In this document: positions 1 to 11,366 of the stretch, piece after piece
How the letters are laid out: every line of letters begins with the position of its first letter
Position numbering within the stretch: the stretch's first letter is position 1
Assembly: GCA_963843505.1 (NCBI GenBank)
Contig: CAWJKR010000005.1
Span: 74,632 to 138,631, forward strand
Source of the DNA: Candidatus Aminicenantes bacterium
GTDB lineage: Bacteria; Acidobacteriota; Aminicenantia; Aminicenantales; Saccharicenantaceae
DNA: 64,000 nucleotides
Reading direction: 5' to 3'
Program-made: the position numbers and the translations under genes
Notes under the pieces: generated by a model
What the model was told of the DNA's origin: nothing
Seen by the model: only the letters and a program-made list of their open reading frames with translations
The model's database searches: none

Positions 1-519
1 CGGCCCGGGAGGTCCAGCACCTCATCTCGAGCCTGACGATCCGCGCCTACACGTCATCCGACGTGACCGGTGTCGAGGTGGCCGGCGCGCTGAAGAACGT
101 CATCGCCATCGCGGCCGGGATCGCCGACGCCCTGAAGTTCGGGCTGAACACGCGGGCGGCGCTCATCACCCGCGGTCTCGTCGAGATCACCAACCTCGGC
201 CTGGCGCTCGGCGCCCGGCGGGAGACCTTCTGCGGGCCTCGCCGGGGTCGGCGACCTCGTCCTGACCTGCACCGGGGAGCTCAGCCGCAACCACCGCGTC
301 GGCCACGAGCTCGGCAAGGGCCGGTCGCTCCGCGAGATCCTGGCCGGGATGAAGATGGTCGCCGAAGGGGTCCATACGACCGTCTCCGCCCGCCGCCTCT
401 CCCGCGCCCTCGGCGTGGAGATGCCCATTTCCGAACAGATCTACCAGGTCCTCTACCGGGGCAAGGACCCCAAGAAGGCCGTCGAGGACCTGATGTCCCG
501 GGCGCTCAAGGCTGAGTGA
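1..519 (+). CDS. gpsA: Glycerol-3-phosphate dehydrogenase [NAD(P)+], C-terminal part (5' end outside window); one frame switch near 236-238
   Basis: Frame 3 reads ...[60 protein letters not shown]. Frame 1 then continues [48 protein letters not shown]...[10 protein letters not shown] with TGA at 517-519. GpsA motifs lie on both sides of an extra G in a GGG run. Confidence 0.9.
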
Positions 520-551
520 CGGCCGGGGATCCCCAGACAAGGAGGAATCGG

Positions 552-1319
552 ATGCGAGCCAAAGTCATGACGGTCCTGGTCATTTGCGCCGGGCTTTCCT
601 TTTGCGCGTCGTCGCAGGCGAAGATCCAAAAGACGCGCGAGAAAGACCCCAAGTACCAGTACAATCTGGGCCTGTTCTATCTCAACCAGAACGACGTCGA
701 GAACGCGACGAAATACCTGATCAAGTCCCTGGCCCTCGACACGAACTACTATCTTTCCTGGAACGCGCTCGGCCTGGCCCATTCCATGCGGGGCCGCCTC
801 GACGAATCCGCCAAGGCCTACGAGAAATGCCTGGCGGTCAATCCCCAGTTCACCGAGGCCCACAACAACCTGGGCACCGTCTACCAGGAAATGAACCGGC
901 TGCCCGAGGCCGAGTCCGAGTTCCGCAAGGCCTTGGCCGACATGACCTACCAGAACCGGGAGCTCCCCTACTTCAATCTGGCCCGGCTCTATGTCCTCCA
1001 AGGCCGGCTCGACGAGGCCCTCGACAACGTCGGCAAGGCGATCCAGATCAAACCCCGCCTGGCCATGGCCTACAATCTCAGGGGCCTCATCCACGAGAAA
1101 AAGAACAGCCTGGCCGAGGCCATCGCGTCCTACGAGGCCGCCGTCAAGATCGTGCCCGAGGAGGTCCCTTTCAGCTACAATCTGGGCGTGGCCTATTTCA
1201 AGAATGCGGATTATGCCCGGGCCAAGGAGATCTTCCTCAAGATCCAGGCCAAGGTCACGGACGCCGAGATGAGGGACACGATCTCCCGGTACCTGAGGCT
1301 GATCGGCGAACGGGATTAA
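552..1319 (+). CDS. TPR-repeat lipoprotein
   Basis: ATG 552 follows AAGGAGG (538-544). The N-terminus MRAKVMTVLVICAGLSFCASS looks like a signal/lipobox. It is followed by repeated TPR-type units (YNLGLFYLNQND, WNALGLAHSMRG, HNNLGTVYQEMN, YNLRGLIHEKKN, YNLGVAYFKNAD). Intact ORF. Confidence 0.8.
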   Translation: MRAKVMTVLVICAGLSFCASSQAKIQKTREKDPKYQYNLGLFYLNQNDVENATKYLIKSLALDTNYYLSWNALGLAHSMRGRLDESAKAYEKCLAVNPQFTEAHNNLGTVYQEMNRLPEAESEFRKALADMTYQNRELPYFNLARLYVLQGRLDEALDNVGKAIQIKPRLAMAYNLRGLIHEKKNSLAEAIASYEAAVKIVPEEVPFSYNLGVAYFKNADYARAKEIFLKIQAKVTDAEMRDTISRYLRLIGERD

Positions 1320-1343
1320 CGGCCCGGGAACGCCGCCGCCGCT

Positions 1344-2601
<1,258 letters not shown>

Positions 2602-2733
2602 GTCGTTTCTCCCTTTTTGACCGGCTTTCCGGCCTCGATTCGCCCCAAAATAGCACATTCCAGAGGGGTTTTCAACGACGGGGCTTTATGCTATTGTTAG
2701 GCCTTATCCGGTCCCAAGGCTTCTAAGAAGAGT

Positions 2734-4077
2734 ATGAAAAGAACGGCGCGGGCGCTCGTCATCCTGGCCACGACCATCGCCTCCGCCCTCCCGGGCGCGG
2801 GGCGGCAGGACGCGCCCGCCCCGGTGCCGCTGCCCTTCGCCTTCCAGGAATACCGGCTGAGGAACGGCCTGCACGTCGTCCTGTCCGAGGACGACCGCCT
2901 GCCGCTCGTGACCGTGGCCGTGGGCTACGGGGCCGGGACCCTGCGCGAGAACCCGGGACAGGAGGGGCTGGCCTATCTCCTGGAGAACCTGATGTTCCAG
3001 GGTTCGGAGAACGTCAGCCCCCTCCAGCATCTCGCGTTCGTCCAGAAGGTCGGCGGCGAGCTCAACGCCACCACCTCCCATGACAAGGCCCTGTTCTACG
3101 AGTCGCTTCCCGCCAACCAGCTCGCCCTGGCCCTGTGGCTCGAGTCCGACCGGATGAAGTCCCTGGTCATCACCCCCGCCTCCATCGGGCGGACGCGGGA
3201 CGAGCTTGTCCAGGAGCACCAGGACCGGGTGTCTTCGGACCCCTATCTCAGGAGCTTCTTCGAATTCGACCGGCTCCTGTTCCCCGATTTCCTTTACGGC
3301 CATCCCCTCATCGGCTCCGGCGCCGGCATGGCCGCCCTGGCCATGGCCGACATCCTCGAGTTCCACCGGACCTACTATGTCCCGAACAACGCCGTCCTCT
3401 GCATCGTCGGCAACATCGACGTCGTCCGGACGCGGGAGCTCGTGGCGAAATACTTCGATTCCATCGCCCCGGGCCCGGACATCCCCTCCCCGCCCGGGCC
3501 CGAGTTCAGGCGGGAGAACGACGCCGTCGTGCGCCGCGTCCAGATCCCGTCCGGCAGCGCCGGCTTCCACATGGGCTTCCGGTTCTTCCCTCTTCAGACC
3601 GGCGACGCGGAGTGCCTGCGGATCCTCAGATACATTCTCCTCGAGGGAGAGACCTCGCGGCTGAGGGACAGGCTGCTCCGCCGCGACCTCACCGCCCACT
3701 ATCTGACCGGCACCCTGGACGAGCGATTGAGCGTCTCGACCCTGAAGATCTTCTGCCTGGCCACCAACGCGGTCATGGTCGCCCGCGCGGAGAAGGCCAT
3801 CCTCTCGGAGATCGACAAGCTCAAGACCAACGCCGTCTCCCTGGACGAGCTCTACCGGGCCAGGCGGCGGTTCAAGAGGGACTACCTCGATCGCCTGTCG
3901 ACGAACTTGGGAAAGGCGCGCTTTCTCGTGGACGCGGCCCTCGCCGGAAAGAGCCTCGCCGCCCTCGACGAGGACCTGGCCAAGGTCCTGCGCGTCAGCC
4001 CCTTGAGCCTCGTCGCCTTCGTCAACAAGTTCTTCATCCCCCAGAACCGCGTCGTCCTGGAGTTCGGACCCCAATGA
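2734..4077 (+). CDS. M16-family (pitrilysin/insulinase-like) protein with signal peptide; zinc-binding HxxEH replaced by YLLEN
   Basis: Intact 447-aa ORF with M16 N- and C-domains (NGLHVVLSEDDRLPLVTVAVGYGAG, FHRTYYVPNNAVLCIVGNID). The motif position reads GLAYLLENLMFQGSEN (TAT 2974-2976, AAC 2986-2988). Confidence 0.85.
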   Translation: MKRTARALVILATTIASALPGAGRQDAPAPVPLPFAFQEYRLRNGLHVVLSEDDRLPLVTVAVGYGAGTLRENPGQEGLAYLLENLMFQGSENVSPLQHLAFVQKVGGELNATTSHDKALFYESLPANQLALALWLESDRMKSLVITPASIGRTRDELVQEHQDRVSSDPYLRSFFEFDRLLFPDFLYGHPLIGSGAGMAALAMADILEFHRTYYVPNNAVLCIVGNIDVVRTRELVAKYFDSIAPGPDIPSPPGPEFRRENDAVVRRVQIPSGSAGFHMGFRFFPLQTGDAECLRILRYILLEGETSRLRDRLLRRDLTAHYLTGTLDERLSVSTLKIFCLATNAVMVARAEKAILSEIDKLKTNAVSLDELYRARRRFKRDYLDRLSTNLGKARFLVDAALAGKSLAALDEDLAKVLRVSPLSLVAFVNKFFIPQNRVVLEFGPQ

Positions 4078-5549
4078 GAGATCCGGGCCAGCTCGCGCCG
4101 CCCGGGCGGACGGGCATCGGTCTCGCCTCGCCGCCGCGGCCGCGGTCGTCTTGGCGCTGGCCCTCCCCGCCCCGGCGCAGGAGCGGTTCCGAAGGACTCC
4201 GCCCCTGCCGGACGCCCAGAGGCTGGACCTCAAGCTGCCCATGATCGAGACGTTCACCCTGGCGAACGGCCTGACCGTGGCCACCGCCCGCCGGCCGGAA
4301 TCGCCGATCGTGACCCTCCAGCTCGTGATCCGGGCCGGCGAGGCCGACTCGCCCGCCGACCGCCCGGGCCTGGCCACGGTGACGGCCCGCATGATCGGCA
4401 AAGGGACGAAGAAGCTCTCGGCCAATTACCTCGAGAACATGATCGAGGCGCTCGGGGCCGAGTTCACGACGTCCGTCTTCATGGATTACACGGTCCTGAC
4501 CATGAACGTCCTCAGCGACGACCTCGACCGGGCCATCTACATCCTCAGGCTGATCGCCCTCGAAGCGACCTTCAGCGAGCGCGAGCTCGGAGCGGTCCGC
4601 CGGGCGGCGTTCTGGGAGCTCTTCGAGCAAAAGAAGAACCCCGAGGTCCTCGGCTGGCGTCAGATCCTCGGCGTCCTCTTCGAAGGGCCATCCCTATCGG
4701 ATCGCGACCTACAACGAAGACGTCATCAAGTTCATCACCCCCAAGGACGTTGTGTCGTTTTACGACCGGTTCTACCGCCCGGGGAACGCCACGGTCCTTG
4801 TTTCCGGGAATATCGACGGCCGGGCCACGTCCGTGAAGGTGGCCAATCATTTCGGGGCCTGGACCGGCGAGGCGCCCGACAGGCCGGTCCCTCCCCCGCC
4901 CCCGGCCAACGACCGGGAGAGGATCTGCTTCGTCGAGGCCCCCGACCAGACGGCCGCGACGGTCTTCGTCGGGAACGTCATCATGAGGTCCTCGGACCCG
5001 GACTTCTTCCCCTTCCTCGTCCTGAAGCAGGTCCTGGGCGGGACGACCGGGAGCCGGCTGTTCATGAACCTCCGCGAATCCAAGGGTTACGCCTCCTACG
5101 CCTTCAGCGAGATGGAGATGTTCCATTCGTGCGGGGTCTATTGGGCCCGGGCCAGGGTCAGGCCCGAAGCCATCGTTCCGGCCGTCCGCGAGATCCTTCG
5201 CGAGATCGGCGCCCTGGCCGCCGGACAGGCCGTCCCTTCCGAGATCGAGGAGGCCAAATCCTACCTCATCGGGAACATGCCCCTGCGGTTCGAGACGCCG
5301 GGCGGATTCGCCGATTGGATGGCCCGCTACGTCGCGCTCGGTCTCGATCCCGGCCAGTGGGACAAGGGACCGGAAGAGCTGATGCTCGTCGACGTCGAGA
5401 GGGTCCGGGAGACGGCCCGGAAATACCTGTCGCCCCGGCCGGTCGTGGTCATCGTCGGCCGCCCGGAATGGCTCGGACCATTACCTCGGCGAGCTCGACG
5501 CGGTCGAGGTCTACGACACCGGCGGCCAGCTCAAGCGCGTCGTCCATAA
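4074..5549 (+). CDS. M16-family protein, non-catalytic type, partner of 2734-4077; 3-4 frame switches (signal region, ~4688, ~5475, ~5543)
   Basis: ATG 4074 overlaps the upstream TGA (ATGA). Signal-like RSRLAAAAAVVLALALPAPAQ is followed by FTLANGLTVATARRPESPIVTLQLVIRAG, ...LFEGHPYRIATYNEDVIKFITPKDVVSFYDRFYRPGNATVLVSGNIDG, ...GSRLFMNLRESKGYASYAFS. No HxxEH is present. The 5' start (4074 versus TTG 4151) and the last ~25 codons are uncertain. Confidence 0.75.
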
Positions 5550-5562
5550 AGGAGTCGAAGCC

Positions 5563-7251
5563 ATGAAGCTCGTCGAATGCGTCCCGAATTTCAGCGAGGG
5601 ACGGGACCGGGAGAAGATCCGGGCCATCACCGCGCGAGATCGAGGCCGTGGCGGGCGTCAAGCTCCTCGACGTCGACCCCGGCGCTTCGACGAACCGGAC
5701 CGTCGTGACCTTCATCGGCCCGCCCGAGGCGGTCCGGGAGGCCGCGTTCCGGGCCATCGCCAAGGCCGCCGAGGTCATCGACATGCGCGCCCACAAGGGC
5801 GCCCACAGCCGCATCGGCGCGACCGACGTCTGCCCCTTCGTCCCGGTCTCCGGCGTGACGATGGAGGACTGCGTCCGGCTGGCCGGCGAGCTCGGGCGCC
5901 GGGTCGCCGCCGAGCTGGGCATTCCCGTCTACCTCTATGAGGCCGCGGCCCGCAAGCCCGAGCGCCGGAACCTGGCCACGGTCAGGGCCGGCGAATACGA
6001 AGGGCTTCCCGAGAAGCTCAAGGACCCGCGCTGGGCCCCGGATTTCGGCGAGCCCGTCTTCAATCCCAAGTCCGGGGCGACCATCATCGGCGCCCGCGAG
6101 TTCCTGATCGCCTACAACTTCAACCTCAACACCCGCGACCGCAAGCTGGCCCACGAGATCGCCCTGAGCCTGCGCGAGAGCGGCCGGGCCAAGCGCGACA
6201 AGGACGGCGACGTCGTCAAGGACGCCCGCGGCAACACGGTCAAGGTCCCGGGCAAGTTCAAGGAGGTCAAGTCCGTCGGCTGGTACGTCGAGGATTACGG
6301 GGTGGCCCAGGTCTCGGTCAACTTCACGAACTACAAGACGACGCCGGTCCACGTCGTCTTCGACGAAGCCGTCCGGCTGGCCGGCAAGCTCGGCCTGCGC
6401 GTGACCGGGAGCGAGCTCGTCGGCCTCATCCCCAAGGAAGCGCTCCTCATGGCCGGCCGCCACTACCTCGAGAAGCAGGGCAAGAGCCCGGGCGTCCCCG
6501 AGGAGGAGCTCATCCGGATGGCCGTCCGCTCCCTCGGGCTCAACGATGTCGCGCCCTTCGAGCCGGAAAAGAAGATCATCGAGTACCAGGTCCGCGAGCC
6601 GGGCCGGGCGCTCGTCGGCATGACCCTGCGCGGCTTCGCCGACGAGCTGTCCATGGATTCCCCCGCCCCCGGCGGCGGAAGCGTCGCGGCCCTCTGCGGG
6701 GCCCTGTCGGCGGCGCTGTCGGCCATGGTCGCCAACCTGACCGTCGGGCAAGAAAGGCTACGAGGCCGTCCGCGGCGATATGATCGACACGGCCGTCAGG
6801 GCCCAGGCGCTCAAGGACGCGCTCCTCGAGGCGGTCGACGCGGACACCCGGGCCTTCAACAAGGTCATGGAGGCCTTCCGCCTGCCCAAGACGACGCCCG
6901 AACAGGCCGAGGAGAAGGACCGGGCCGTCGAGGAGGCGAACAAGGAAGCGACCCTCGTTCCTCTCGACGTGCTCGAGAGGTCGGTCGAAGCGGTCGGGCT
7001 GGCCAAGGTCGGCCGCGGCCAAGGGGAACAGGAATTCGGTCAGCGACGCCGGCGTCGCCGGGCTCGCGGCCCAGGCGGCGGGCGAAGGCGCCTATTACAA
7101 CGTCCTCATCAATCTCGCCGGGATCAAGGACAAGGCTTTCTCGGACCGGGTCAGGCGCAAGGCGGCGGGCTTCAAGACGGCCCTCGACAAGGAAGGGAAA
7201 GCCGTCCGGGAGATCATCGCCAAAGCCCTGGCCGCGCCGAAAGCGGCCTGA
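5563..7251 (+). CDS. ftcD: Glutamate formimidoyltransferase fused to formiminotetrahydrofolate cyclodeaminase; frame switches near 5635, 6755 and 7015
   Basis: AGGAG lies 8 nt upstream of ATG 5563. Transferase domain: MKLVECVPNFSEGRD...GATDVCPFVPV...GAREFLIAYNFNL. Cyclodeaminase domain: SPAPGGGSVAALCGALSAALSAMVANLTVG...TRAFNKVMEAFRLPK...ATLVPLDVLE...GNRNSVSDAGVAGLAAQAAGEGAYYNVLINL. TGA at 7249-7251. Confidence 0.85.
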
Positions 7252-8080
7252 GATCAGTCCGAGGCCCGGCGGGACGCCCCGCCCCTTCTTCAGCAGGAAG
7301 AGCGCCGGCGAAGGCGAGAAAGCAGAGAATGACGATCGCCGCCGACGCGGGGACGTTGAGGGCCAGCGACAGGCCCAGCCCGCCGGCCACGGAGAGGACG
7401 GCGACGGCCGACGAGGCGAGAACGGCCGTCCGGAAGCTCGCGGCGACCTGCAGGCCGGCCGCGGCGGGGATGACGATCAGGGCGGCCACGAGCAGGATCC
7501 CGACGACCTTCATGCCCAGGACGATCGTGACGGCCGTCAGCACCATCATCAGGGTATCCAGCCGGCCGACCTTGATCCCGGCCGCCCGGGCCGATTCCCG
7601 GTCGAAGGTCATGAACAGGAGCTCGGCCGTAGTTCAGCCACGACCGCGACGAGGACGGCGGCGGCCAGGGCGACCGACAGCCAGACCTCGAGCGGCTCGA
7701 TGGCCAGGATGTCGCCGAAAAGATAGGACATCAGCTCGACGTTGAAGCTCCGGGCCAGGGAGGCCAGGAGGATGCCGACGGCCATCCCCAGGCTGCTGAA
7801 GATGCCGATGGCCGTGTCGCCGTGGAGGCCGGCCCGGCCCTTGAGCTTGACGATGGCGATGGCCGCCGCGACCGCGACGACGAGGGCCGCGGCGAGCGGG
7901 AGGACATTCAGGAAGAGGCCGAGCGCGACGCCGGCGAAGGCGATGTGGGACGAGGCCGTGGCCGATCATGGCGTCCTTGCGCAGGATGAGGAAAACGCCC
8001 AGCACGGCGCAGGCCACGGCGATGAAGAGGCCCGCCAGGAAGGCCCGCTGGAGAAAGCCGTAGGCGAAAAGGGCGTGCAT
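7214..8080 (-). CDS. znuB: Metal (Zn/Mn-type) ABC transporter permease; at least three frame switches (~7960, ~7620-7640); 3' end uncertain
   Basis: MHALFAYGFLQRAFLAGLFIAVACAVLGVFLILRKDAMIGH..., then in another frame SHIAFAGVALGLFLNVLPLAAALVVAVAAAIAIVKLKGRAGLHGDTAIGIFSSLGMAVGILLASL..NVELMSYLFGDILAI. Then ELLFMTFDRESARAAGIKVGRLDTLMMVLTAVTIVLGMKVVGILLVAALIVIPAAAG. Lies in a znuA-znuC-znuB arrangement. Confidence 0.8.
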
Positions 8081-8087
8081 CGCTCGC

Positions 8088-8831
8088 TCAGTGCTCGTGG
8101 GAGACGAGATGGTCGCCGTGGCCGATCATGTCCCGGAAGGCGTCCGAGCGGCAGAAGTCCGCGTGGTCGCCGTGGTAGATGAGCCTCTGGTTGAGACAGG
8201 CGACGCGGTTGACGTGCTTGTTGACGATGCCGATGTCGTGGGTGACGAGGACGATCGTCAGGCCTTCGCTGCGGTTCAGGCGGTCGAGCAGGTCGTAGAA
8301 CGCGGTCTGCGTCTCGGCGTCGACCCCCGTCGTCGGCTCGTCGAGGAAGAGGATCCGGGGCGAGGTGACGAGGGCGCGGGCGATGAAGACGCGCTGCTGC
8401 TGGCCTCCGGAGAGCCGGCCGATGGGCTCCTTGCCGAACTCGGCCATCCCGACGACCTCGAGGGCCCGGCGAACCTTGGCCCGGCCCTCCCGGCCCGAGA
8501 GGCGCCCCGACCGGCGGCCGGCCATGAGGGCCATCCCGACGACCTCCTCGACGGAGGCCGGGAAGAACGGGTCGATGTGGGTCGCCTTCTGGGGCACGTA
8601 CCCGATCTTCTGCCAGTCGGCGAACTCGGCCGGCCGCTTGCCGAAGATCTCGACTTCGCCCGAGGACGGCGGGAGGAGGCCGAGGATGATCTTGACCAGG
8701 GTGGTCTTGCCCGAGCCGTTGGGCCCGATGATGGCCAGGAAATCGCCTTCCTCGATGGTCAGGTCGACGTCGACGAGGACGGGCGTCCCGTCGTAGGCGA
8801 ACGAGACGTGGCGGAGCGTGACGAGGCTCAT
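8088..8831 (-). CDS. znuC: Metal ABC transporter ATP-binding protein
   Basis: Intact 247-aa ORF. Walker A GPNGSGKTT, signature LSGGQQQR, Walker B ILFLDEPTTGVD, and a His-rich tail HGDHLVSHEH. Confidence 0.85.
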   Translation of the reverse strand: MSLVTLRHVSFAYDGTPVLVDVDLTIEEGDFLAIIGPNGSGKTTLVKIILGLLPPSSGEVEIFGKRPAEFADWQKIGYVPQKATHIDPFFPASVEEVVGMALMAGRRSGRLSGREGRAKVRRALEVVGMAEFGKEPIGRLSGGQQQRVFIARALVTSPRILFLDEPTTGVDAETQTAFYDLLDRLNRSEGLTIVLVTHDIGIVNKHVNRVACLNQRLIYHGDHADFCRSDAFRDMIGHGDHLVSHEH

Positions 8832-8836
8832 GAGCT

Positions 8837-9763
8837 CACCGGCAGCCCAGGCCGTCCTTGAGGGCGGCCAGGTTCTCCTCCATGAGATCGAAGAAACCGA
8901 TGCCCCCGGCCTGCTGGTCGCGCGTCAGGTTGTGCCCGGCATGAAGGACGAGGGCCCGGCCCCCGATCTCGCGGACCAGGGTCCTGGAGAGATCGGGCGG
9001 GACGGAATTCTCGAAGAAGATCGGCGCGGATACTCTTCCGGCGGCAGAAATCGACGGCCTTCATGAGGTCCCTCGGCTTCGGCTGGGCGTCGGGGCTGAG
9101 CCCGTAAAGGGCCGTCTGGACGAGGCCGTAGCGGCGGGCCAGATAGCCGAAGGCGCCGTGTCCGGCCAGGACGATGTCGCGGCCGCGGCAGCCGGCGAGG
9201 CCGTCGCGGAATCGGACGTCAAGCTCCTTCAAGCGGGCGTTGAGGCGCCCGGCGTTGGCCGCGAACTCGGGCCCCCCGGCCGGATCGAGCCGGGCGAGCT
9301 CGTCGGCGATCCGGCCGACGATGCGGACGTCGAGCTCGAAATCGAGCCAGACGTGGGGGTCGAGCGGACCGTGGTCGTGCTCCTCTTCCTCGCCGGGTCC
9401 TTCGTCCTCGTGAGCGCCTTCGACCGCGAGGCCCGCCGCGGCTTCGAGCGTGCGGATGCGGCCGCGGGGAAAGGCCTTGAGCAGGTCGGGAAGCCAGGGC
9501 TCGAGGCCGGAGCCGATGAAGAGGAGCAGGTCGCATTCGGACAGCCGGACGATGTCGCCGGGCCGCGGCTGCCAGGTGTGGACCCCGGCGCCGGGGGGAA
9601 GCAGCAGACTCACCTCGCCCCGCTCCCCGGCCACCGCCGCGGCGAATTCCCGGAGCGGGAAGACCGTGGTCATGATCCGGATCTTCGCCGCGGGCGCCGG
9701 CGCGGCGCCGAGCGCGGCGGCGGCCAGAAAGGCGGAGAGAACAGCGCGGATCAGGGCTCTCAT
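8837..9763 (-). CDS. znuA: Periplasmic metal-binding protein (ZnuA/TroA family) with acidic/His-rich loop; one frame switch near 9035
   Basis: Signal peptide MRALIRAVLSAFLAAAALGAAPAPA. Then ...GAGVHTWQPRPGD, loop EGAHEDEGPGEEEEHDHGPLDPHVWLD, ...VLAGHGAFGYLARRYGL. Removing one C near 9035 gives ...KSIRAIFFENSVPPDLSRTLVREIGGRALVLHAG...LKDGLGCR, TGA at 8837-8839. Confidence 0.85.
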
Positions 9764-9770
9764 CCCCCGG

Positions 9771-9806
9771 ATTATACCCCCCGGAGCGGCTTGAATCCAC
9801 CGGATT
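9771..9806 (-). promoter_or_regulatory. Candidate znuA promoter: TATAAT 7 nt upstream of the ATG (leaderless), with a 5-3-5 inverted repeat over the -35 region
   Basis: Minus sense reads ...AAATCCGGTGGATTCAAGCCGCTCCGGGGGGTATAATCCGGGGGATG. TATAAT is plus 9771-9776. The inverted repeat is AATCC (9794-9798) / GGATT (9802-9806). Confidence 0.4.
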
Positions 9807-9857
9807 TTTGTGTCATCATGCGGGTCTCGGCCAACACCAACAGCAAAGGAGATCGCC

Positions 9858-11317
9858 ATGGCTTCGACCCTCAACGAGCTCAACCCCCGGCTTCTCTGGA
9901 AGCATTTCGCCAAGATCCTGACCATCCCCCACTGCTCGGGCAACGAAAAGGCCCTCGGCGACTACGTCCTGTCGGTCGCCGCGTCGCTCGGCCTGCCCGG
10001 CAAGCGCGACAAGGTCGGCAACGTCCTCGTCAGCAAGCCGGCCACGGCCGGGCGCGAAGGCGCCGTCGGGCGCCATCCTCCAGGGCCACCTCGACATGGT
10101 CTGCGAGAAGAACTCCGACAAGGTCCACGACTTCTGCAAGGACCCGATCCAGGCCGAGATCAAGGGCGAGTGGGTCTACGCCGAGGGCACGACGCTCGGC
10201 GCCGACAACGGCATCGGCCTGGCCGCCGGCCCTGGCCGTCATGGAGGACAAGACCCTCGTCCACGGCCCGCTCGAGTTCCTCTTCACGGTCGACGAGGAA
10301 ACCGGGTCTGACCGGGGCCAACAAGATCCAGAAGGGCTTCCTCACCGGCAAGATGCTCCTCAACCTCGACAGCGAGGACGAGGGGACCTTCACCATCGGC
10401 TGCGCCGGCGGGGCGGATTCGACGCTGACCCTGCCCCTCGACAGGAAGAAGACGGCTTCGAAGAACCTCTACAAGCTCCACGTTCACGGCCTCCGCGGCG
10501 GCCATTCCGGCCTCGACATCAATCAGGGCCGGGGCAACGCCATCAAGCTCCTGGCCCGCATGCTCGGCCAAGCCCAGACGGCGGCCAAGTTCGAGGTCGT
10601 CAGCATCGAGGGCGGCAGCAAGCACAACGCCATCCCCCGCGAGGCCGTGGCCCTGCTGGCCTGCCCGCCCGTCCAGGTCCGGTCGCTGACGACGGCCTTC
10701 AAGAAGGCCTTCGACAAGATCAAGGTCGAATACAAGGCCGTCGAGCCCGGCGCGGCCTACTCGCTCGAGGCGGCGGCCGGCAAGGACTTCGCCCTGACCC
10801 AGGACTGCCAGCGCACGCTCATCGATTTCCTCATCGCCCTGCCCGCACGGCGTCATCGCCATGCACCCCGAGATCGCCGGCCTGACCGAGACCTCGACCA
10901 ACCTGGCCATCGTCAAGACCGAGCAAGGCGGCGTTCGAGGTCCTCTGCAGCACGCGGAGCTCGGTCGCCTCGGCCCTCGAGGCCACGCGCGACGTCATCA
11001 AGTCCGTCTGCGCCCTGGCCGGCGCCAAGCCCGAGCTCAAGGACGGCTACCCCGGCTGGATGCCCAACCTCGACTCCGCTCTTCTCAAGAAGCTCAAGGA
11101 GCTCTACGTCAAGACCTTCGGCAAGGAAGCCGAGGTCGTGGCCGTCCACGCCGGCCTCGAGTGCGGCATCATCGGCGAGAAGTTCCCGGGCATGGACATG
11201 ATCTCGTTCGGGCCGACGATGAAGAACCCCCACTCGCCCGACGAGCACGTCCACATCGGCTCGGTCGAGAAGTTCTGGACGTTCCTGACGGCCGCCATCG
11301 ACGGCCTGTCGTCCTGA
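9858..11317 (+). CDS. pepD: Aminoacyl-histidine (Xaa-His) dipeptidase, M20 family; about five frame switches (~10075, ~10230, ~10305, ~10848, ~10935)
   Basis: [37 protein letters not shown]..., [85 protein letters not shown], ...[37 protein letters not shown]. Confidence 0.85.
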
Positions 11318-11366
11318 AAGAATAGGAAGGTCCCCGTTTCGTACGCCGCAGAGGCAGAACGGTCAC

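Noticed and set aside
2602-2733. SAH riboswitch in the ahcY 5' leader
   Set aside because: I looked for the conserved SAH-riboswitch sequence blocks on the minus strand and found only a small GGCCGG-AAAG-CCGGUC hairpin next to the SD. Nothing resembles the riboswitch core.
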